Assembly (NCBI RefSeq): GCF_018977255.1
Contig: NW_024704743.1
Location: 2,854,001-2,918,000 of the forward strand
Source of the DNA: Callorhinchus milii
Lineage: Eukaryota
Length of the DNA stretch: 64,000 nt
Direction of reading: 5' to 3'
Every line of letters starts with the position of its first letter. Position 1 is the first letter of the stretch. Positions 38,350 to 64,000 of the stretch are shown piece by piece. The notes under the pieces were generated by a model. That model made no database searches. It was not told the DNA's origin and saw only the letters and a list, made by a program, of their open reading frames with translations. The position numbers and the translations under genes were made by a program.

Positions 38350-38600
38350 AAGCAGGGCGAAACCTTGGGCAAGCTTCCTTACTCTACACGCCTAATAATA
38401 ATCCCTCCAAAACCAAAATCAATAATAAATTGGTCATTTTCAATCTATGACTGTTTGTGGGACATTGCTGTGCACAATTGGCTGCCGCGTTCGCCCACAA
38501 ATATACAGTCAATTCACTTTACAGTGTGTTCTGTGAAGCGCTTTGGGAGGTCCTCCCGACGTGAAAAGCGCTAAATCAAATGCAAGGATCATTATTATTA
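38350..38600 (+). mobile_element. SINE, 5'-truncated, same family
   Basis: gggcgaaaccttgggcaag...core...tail. Confidence 0.88.
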
Positions 38601-39254
38601 ATTTGCATGCACAGATAACACAGATCAGGCCATTTGGACAAATTAGTCCATTTAAGTGTTTATTATAATAAAATCTTGCATTTGATATAGCGCCTTATCA
38701 CATTGTTGAGATGACTTAAAGCGCTTCACAGAAACTGTAAAATAGGTTGACTGAATTTTGTGGACGAAATGTGGCAGCCAACTGAGCACAGCAGTGTCCC
38801 ACAAACAGTCATGGATATGAGACTTTGCATCCATCCTAGTCCCCTCTGCTTTAACCCCCTATTCCCTTTCTAGATAAATGTTAATGGTCTTTTATGCGCT
38901 ACCAAAATACTGTTATTTTTAACTTCTAAATTGGACTCCCTTGAATTATGTACTCATACATAGTAGCATTGCTGTTCAGGTATTCTTTTGAAAGAAGTAG
39001 GGAGAGGAAGTAATCTTTGTCTCTCTTTTTCTTATCTCTCCTAAAGGCATTAATTTATATGTAAATTAATTGTACAGTAGAACCTTGTTATAATGGGCTT
39101 CATTATAATACTTGCATTTGATTTAGAGCTTTTCACGTTTTCTAGGCGTCTCAAAGAGCTTCACAGAATATATTGTAAAGTGAATAGACTGGGCGAAACG
39201 CGGCAACCAGTTGCGCACAATGCAATGTAATGCGGAACGCAAAATACTGCCTCG

Positions 39255-40348
39255 TGCGGTGTCCCTCAGGGCTCTGTCCTCGGTCCCCTCCTCTTCACCC
39301 TCTATATGCTCCCCCTGTGGTGACATCATCCGCAGACATGGGGTTAACTTCCACATGTATGCGGATGACACCCAACTCTACCTTTCCTGCTCTACCCTCA
39401 ACTCCACGATCACCGATGTCCTGACAGCTGCCTCTCCGACATCGAGTCCTGGACGAGAGATAACTTTCTCCAGCTCAACGTGTGCAAAACTGAGGCCCTC
39501 CTGATTGGCTCACGTCAGCGCCTCCGCACCTCAGGCGCTGACAGCATCAGCATCCAAGGCTGCACTCTCCACCTCTCAAAGCCATCAGGAACCTCGGGGT
39601 TCTGTTCGACCCTGAGCTGTACTTTCTCCCTCACATCCGCACCACAACTGGCACCGCCTTCCATCACCTCCGGAATGTCGCCAGACTACGGCACTACCTC
39701 ACCCCTCACGCAGCTGAAACTCTGGTTTATCACCTTTATCACCTCAAGGCTGGACTATGGGAACTCTCTCCTCGCCGGCCTTCCCGCCACCTCCCTCCAC
39801 AAGCTGCAGGTCATTCAGAACTCTGCAGCTCGTGTACTGTCCCGCACCAGGCTTCGGAAACACATCACTCCCACCCTCGCTCGCCTCCACTGGCTCCCCA
39901 TCCCCCAGAGGATCGATTTCAAGATCCTCATCCTCACCTACAAGGCCATTCACGGCCTTGCTCCCTCCTACCTCTCCAACCTACTATCCCCCTACCTACC
40001 TGCCCGTACCCTCCGTTCCTCTGGCTCCGGTCTGCTCCACATCCCCCGCCCCAACCGCCCTACCATCGGTGGCCGGGCCTTCAGCCTCTCAGCCCCAGGC
40101 TCTGGAACTCTATCCCCCAGTGCCTTCGCCGCTTCCTCCCTTTCCTCCTTCAAGGCCGGTCTCAAGACCTTTCTCTTTGACCGTGCCTTCAGCTCCTCTC
40201 TCGAATCTCTACCCCCTCCTCGCTCCCTCCCTTCCCTTCCCTCACCCTGACCATTTCCCCCTTGCTCGGGTCCTGACCTAACTGTACAGCGCCTTGGGAC
40301 GTCCTCCCGACATGAAAGGCGTTCAATAAATGGAATCTTGTTGTTGAT
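39255..40348 (+). mobile_element. L2-clade LINE, 5'-truncated: RT C-terminal region plus 3' tail, degenerate
   Basis: GVPQGSVLGPLLF (ggtgtccctcagggctctgtcctcggtcccctcctcttc), [35 protein letters not shown]; frameshifts; tail ...gggacgtcctcccgacatgaaaggcg...(ttg)n. Confidence 0.93.
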
Positions 40349-40367
40349 GATGGAAATGTGAAAACAG

Positions 40368-40492
40368 AAACAGAAGTCACTGGGAACACTAATGAGTTCT
40401 AACGAAGGGTCGTTGGACCTGAAACGTTGACTCACTTTCGTTTCTCCTTAGATGCTGCCTGACCTGCTGAGTGTTCCCAGCGACTTCTATTT
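40368..40492 (+). mobile_element. Short element with ~23-bp inverted ends enclosing a hammerhead-like motif (Penelope-derived)
   Basis: Ends aaacagaagtcactgggaacact / agtgttcccagcgacttctattt (21/23 match); tgagtt-CTAACGA-A-gggtc-gttg-gacct-GAAA-cgtt-gactca. Confidence 0.65.
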
Positions 40493-41203
40493 TTGCAATT
40501 AATATGGATTCACTTGGTTGTGCAACCCCAACACTTACTTAACAAAAAAATTAAAAATGTGCGGATAAAGTAGGCTGTTTTGGTTCAAAACATCGCCTGA
40601 CTTTGTGCTTAGAAAACGGTAGAATTCTGCCGACATCCAATCTCCGCCAACAGAACTTGTACATGTGCAGTGAAAGCTGTTGAACAGGTAATTGTGGCTG
40701 GTTGGTATTTAACAACTCCCAAATACAACATTATAGCAGTAGTATAGCTGTACATTGTAACTCAGTGGTCACTGGCTAGCCTCCAATATCATTCCCAAAT
40801 GCCAATTCATCCTGTCGCTCAGACAGTCGGTATAGACAGGCTAGTTAACTGTGAGGAGCATCACACCTGATTATGCTCCATTCATTATCAACATGCAATC
40901 AATTTCCACTAGGGAGTCACTTTGGTTAATTTCTCATCAAACTCATCAGATGCCAAGGCCAATTGTGTAGCTATTGCTGCCTTGACTTGTGGTCAGGTAA
41001 CTCAATACCCGGGTTCACATTTTCAGCTTCTGATCTGTATAAAAATAAGCCACTGGATAATAAATAAGTAAGCTGTCAAGAACATTTCTACCCTCTTCTA
41101 GTTTGAAAATGTGTATAATATCAAAAGATTTTTTTCTAAATCAAAATATTTTGAATTATTTGAATTGTAACCCCCCCATTTAAATGTTTTTTCCCTTTTG
41201 TAG

Positions 41204-41318
41204 CGACAAGTCATGACTGTGATCAGTGGAGTGACTGCAGTAGTTGCTGCCTCCATACCTGCAGTTGATGAGAATGTTGCTTACAGTGACCTCATGGAGA
41301 TTGCAATCATTTTGAATG
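41204..41318 (+). CDS. NCAPG2: NCAPG2 exon RQVMTVISGVTAVVAASIPAVDENVAYSDLMEIAIILN(G); opposite orientation to the main gene
   Basis: Polypyrimidine tract plus tag acceptor, gtagg donor, 115 bp; similar to human RKSIEIIYAITSVILASVSVINESENYEALLECVIILNG; its terminal G joins the GT starting the minus-strand exon at 36561. Confidence 0.88.
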
Positions 41319-41737
41319 GTAGGTGCTTGTGATTTTTTTTAGTGATAATGTAATTTCTTTTTGCTGCAATGACTTATGCTAATTTGATGTGTCCCATATG
41401 TCCATTATAACTAATCCTGGTTGTTTCTCTTGGTGGTTTACAACAAATCCTGCACCATTTCATTCAGGTAAGTTGTACCAATACAATTATATTGAGGAGA
41501 AAAGCCAAGAATTATGGCCACCTACAGGAGACTTTGCTACCAGTCCTCCATTGCCATTATGTTAGTGACGATGCGTGAAGAAAAAACACAAGGTCCCACG
41601 TATGTGCAAAGCTTTTAACACCTTTGATTCACTGACATGATGACATTATATGTTGAGACACAATTCACTGTACACTGTATAGGAGCAATGGTTGACACAA
41701 CAGAAGAATCGCAGCCACGGGCAACTCTGCCATTACA

Positions 41738-41890
41738 TTACGGGCGGCTTGTGATGGCGTTATGGGCGGCTTGTGATGGCGTTATGGGCGGCTTGTGATG
41801 GCGTTATGGGCGGCTTGTGATGGCGTTATGGGCGGCTTGTGATGGCGTTACGGGCGGCTTGTGATGGCGTTACGGGCGGCTTGTGATGGC
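41738..41890. repeat. 22-bp minisatellite (ttaYgggcggcttgtgatggcg) x~7
   Basis: Read directly from the sequence. Confidence 0.95.
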
Positions 41891-41934
41891 AAGAGTGCTA
41901 TCTTGCTATCACATTGCTGCATACAATAAGCAGT

Positions 41935-42233
41935 AATAATCCTTGCATTTGATATAGAGTTTTTCACGTCTTCTAAATGTCTCAAAGCGCTTCACAGAAT
42001 ATACTGTGAAGTGAGTTGGCTTTTGTGGGCGAAACGCGGCAGCCAATTACGCACAATGCCCGACTCTTTGTTCCACAAACAGTCGGGGATTGAAGTAACC
42101 AATTTATTAGTTTTTTTTTCTTGAGGGATTATTATCAGGCGTGTGGAGTAAGGAAACTTGCCCAACGTTTCGCCCTGCTGGGAATCGAACCCAGGTCTCG
42201 CTTGCGAGGCGAGTGCTCTAATCATTGAGCTAC
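41935..42233 (-). mobile_element. tRNA-derived SINE, same family
   Basis: Head, core and tail recognisable. Confidence 0.85.
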
Positions 42234-42290
42234 AATTGTAAACGGCTGCGTGCTCTTCTTACAGTGCCTCGTCAGCCTAAGAAACAAATT

Positions 42291-42498
42291 GTCACACTCC
42301 CCGTCAGCCTGGCTCAGTCACACTCCCCGTCAGCCTGGCTCAGTCACACTCCATGTCAGCCTGGCTCAGTCACACTCCCCGTCAGCCTGGCTCAGTCACA
42401 CTCCCCGTCAGCCTGGCTCAGTCACACTCCCCGTCAGCCTGGCTCAGTCACACTCCCCGTCAGCCTGGCTCAGTCACACTCCATGTCAGCCTGGCTCA
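42291..42498. repeat. 26-bp minisatellite (gtcacactccccgtcagcctggctca) x~8
   Basis: Read directly from the sequence. Confidence 0.95.
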
Positions 42499-42613
42499 TC
42501 GGCAGGACCTGGAAGGGCAGACCAGCCACTGGGGACGGGGAATCCTCCCTCTCAGCACAGATACACGGAATTCTCAGCTTGGTTTGGAGACTCTAAAGCA
42601 ACGGGGATGGGAT

Positions 42614-62425
<19,812 letters not shown>

Positions 62426-62440
62426 GATCTATCCGGGGTC

Positions 62441-62447
62441 ATCACCT

Positions 62448-62483
<36 letters not shown>

Positions 62484-62516
62484 GTCATGTTACTGCAGCT
62501 CATCATCACCTGAGGG

Positions 62517-62547
<31 letters not shown>

Positions 62548-63062
62548 TGCACACACAGACACTCACACAAACACACACGCACAGGGTCATGTTACTGCAG
62601 CTCATCATCACCTGAGGGACGCACACACACACACACACATGCACACACAGACACTCACACAGACACACACACACACACAGGGTCATGTTACTGCAGCTCA
62701 TCATCACCTGAGGGACACACACACACACACACACACATGCACACACAGACACTCACACAGACACACACACACACACACAGGGTCATGTTACTACAGCTCA
62801 TCACCCGAGAGACGCACACACACACACACAGACACACACAGACACACACACAGACACATACACACACGCACACACACACAGGGTCATGTTACTACAGCTC
62901 ATCACCTGAGGGACACACGCACAGACACACACACAGATACACAAACAGACACACACAGACACATACACATACACACACCCACACACAGGGTCCTGTTACG
63001 ACATCTCATCACCTGAACACACACACACGCACCCACACTGACAAACACACACACACACATAC
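62441..63062. repeat. acagggtcatgttactgcagctcatcatcacctgagggac-(AC)n minisatellite x~6
   Basis: Read directly from the sequence; includes the acceptor of the first FAM135B-like coding exon. Confidence 0.92.
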
Positions 63063-63235
63063 ACTCCCCCCCCACCCTACGCACGCAGGGGGTCACCTTC
63101 CCACACCAACAACGCTTTCACCGTTTCGCCCCCAACAAAATACACAGTCAATCCCCTCGACAATACATTGTGAAGGGTTTCGAGACTTCTCAACGACGTG
63201 ATAAGGCGCTGCATCAAATGCGAGGATTGTTATTG

Positions 63236-63273
<38 letters not shown>

Positions 63274-63713
63274 GAGACGCGGTGAGGGCTGGAGCGCTCC
63301 GCGAAGGAAACCGGAGAAAGTCACGTGAGGAGAGCGCGTGGAGGCGAGACAGGAGACACCCAACGGCCTCCGGACCAGACGCCCCGGACACGGGAGATGG
63401 ATCGACAAGCGAGTCTGAACTTCGGTCCTCAGGTGAAGCCTCTGCCGACTGCCAACAGCAGCTCCGTCTGTTAAACAGAGTAACGACAAGTTGCTCACGG
63501 CAAAGGGCTCGTCATCGATCAATCGATCGATGGCAACACGGAATAACACGTCAGCCTCGGCACAGCCCCGGAGCCTCGGGAGGTCCTCCCGATCGGGAGA
63601 GGCATCGGGGACTAAATCTGATTTGTTATCGGTGCTCACAGGCCCCGCAATCGCTGAGAGCCAATGTAACGACAAAACACACCGTAATATTAACAGTAAT
63701 ATATATTGTTGAA

Positions 63714-64000
63714 GTGTGGTGTGTGTGTGTTCTGTGTGTGTTGGGTGTGTATATGTTGGGTGTGTGTTGGGGGTGTGTGTGTGTGTGTTCTGTGTGTGTT
63801 GGGTGTGTATATGTTGGGTGTGTGCGTTGGGGGTGTGCATGTGTGTGTGTGTGTGTGTGTGTTGGGTGTGTATATGTTGGGTGTGTGCGTTGGGGGTGTG
63901 CATGTGTGTGTGTGTGTGTGTGTGTTGGGTGTGTATATGTTGGGTGTGTGTTGGGGGGGTGTGTGTGTGTGTTTTGTGTGTGTTGGGTTTGTATATGTTG
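63714..64000. repeat. (GT)-rich compound repeat
   Basis: Read directly from the sequence. Confidence 0.9.

Overview
Eukaryotic (vertebrate) genomic DNA, not prokaryotic. The repeat content (Deu-domain tRNA-SINEs, L2 and CR1 LINE fragments, Penelope-type hammerhead elements) points to a cartilaginous fish, probably a chimaera such as Callorhinchus milii (inference). The AT-rich left part (1 to ~41.7 kb) holds NCAPG2 (condensin II subunit G2). I traced 24 coding exons on the minus strand (36561 down to the stop at 3123), all with GT-AG sites and matching phases. The two preceding NCAPG2 exons lie on the PLUS strand just beyond a 25-N gap (38154-38221, 41204-41318), so that block is inverted or mis-scaffolded. 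The GC-rich, microsatellite-laden right part (~42-64 kb) holds a FAM135B-like gene on the minus strand: 17 coding exons from the ATG at 62425 to 44038, a 1-nt frameshift near 47990, and no C-terminal exons in the window. Other notable structure: minimal type I hammerhead-ribozyme motifs in a short dispersed element, minisatellites seeded from transposon fragments, ~60-bp L2 tail insertions with target-site duplications, an unclassified ~500-bp repeat family, and strongly AT->GC shifted copies of the same repeats in the right half. Homology calls rest on my recollection of the human proteins, not on a database search. Repeat boundaries are approximate.
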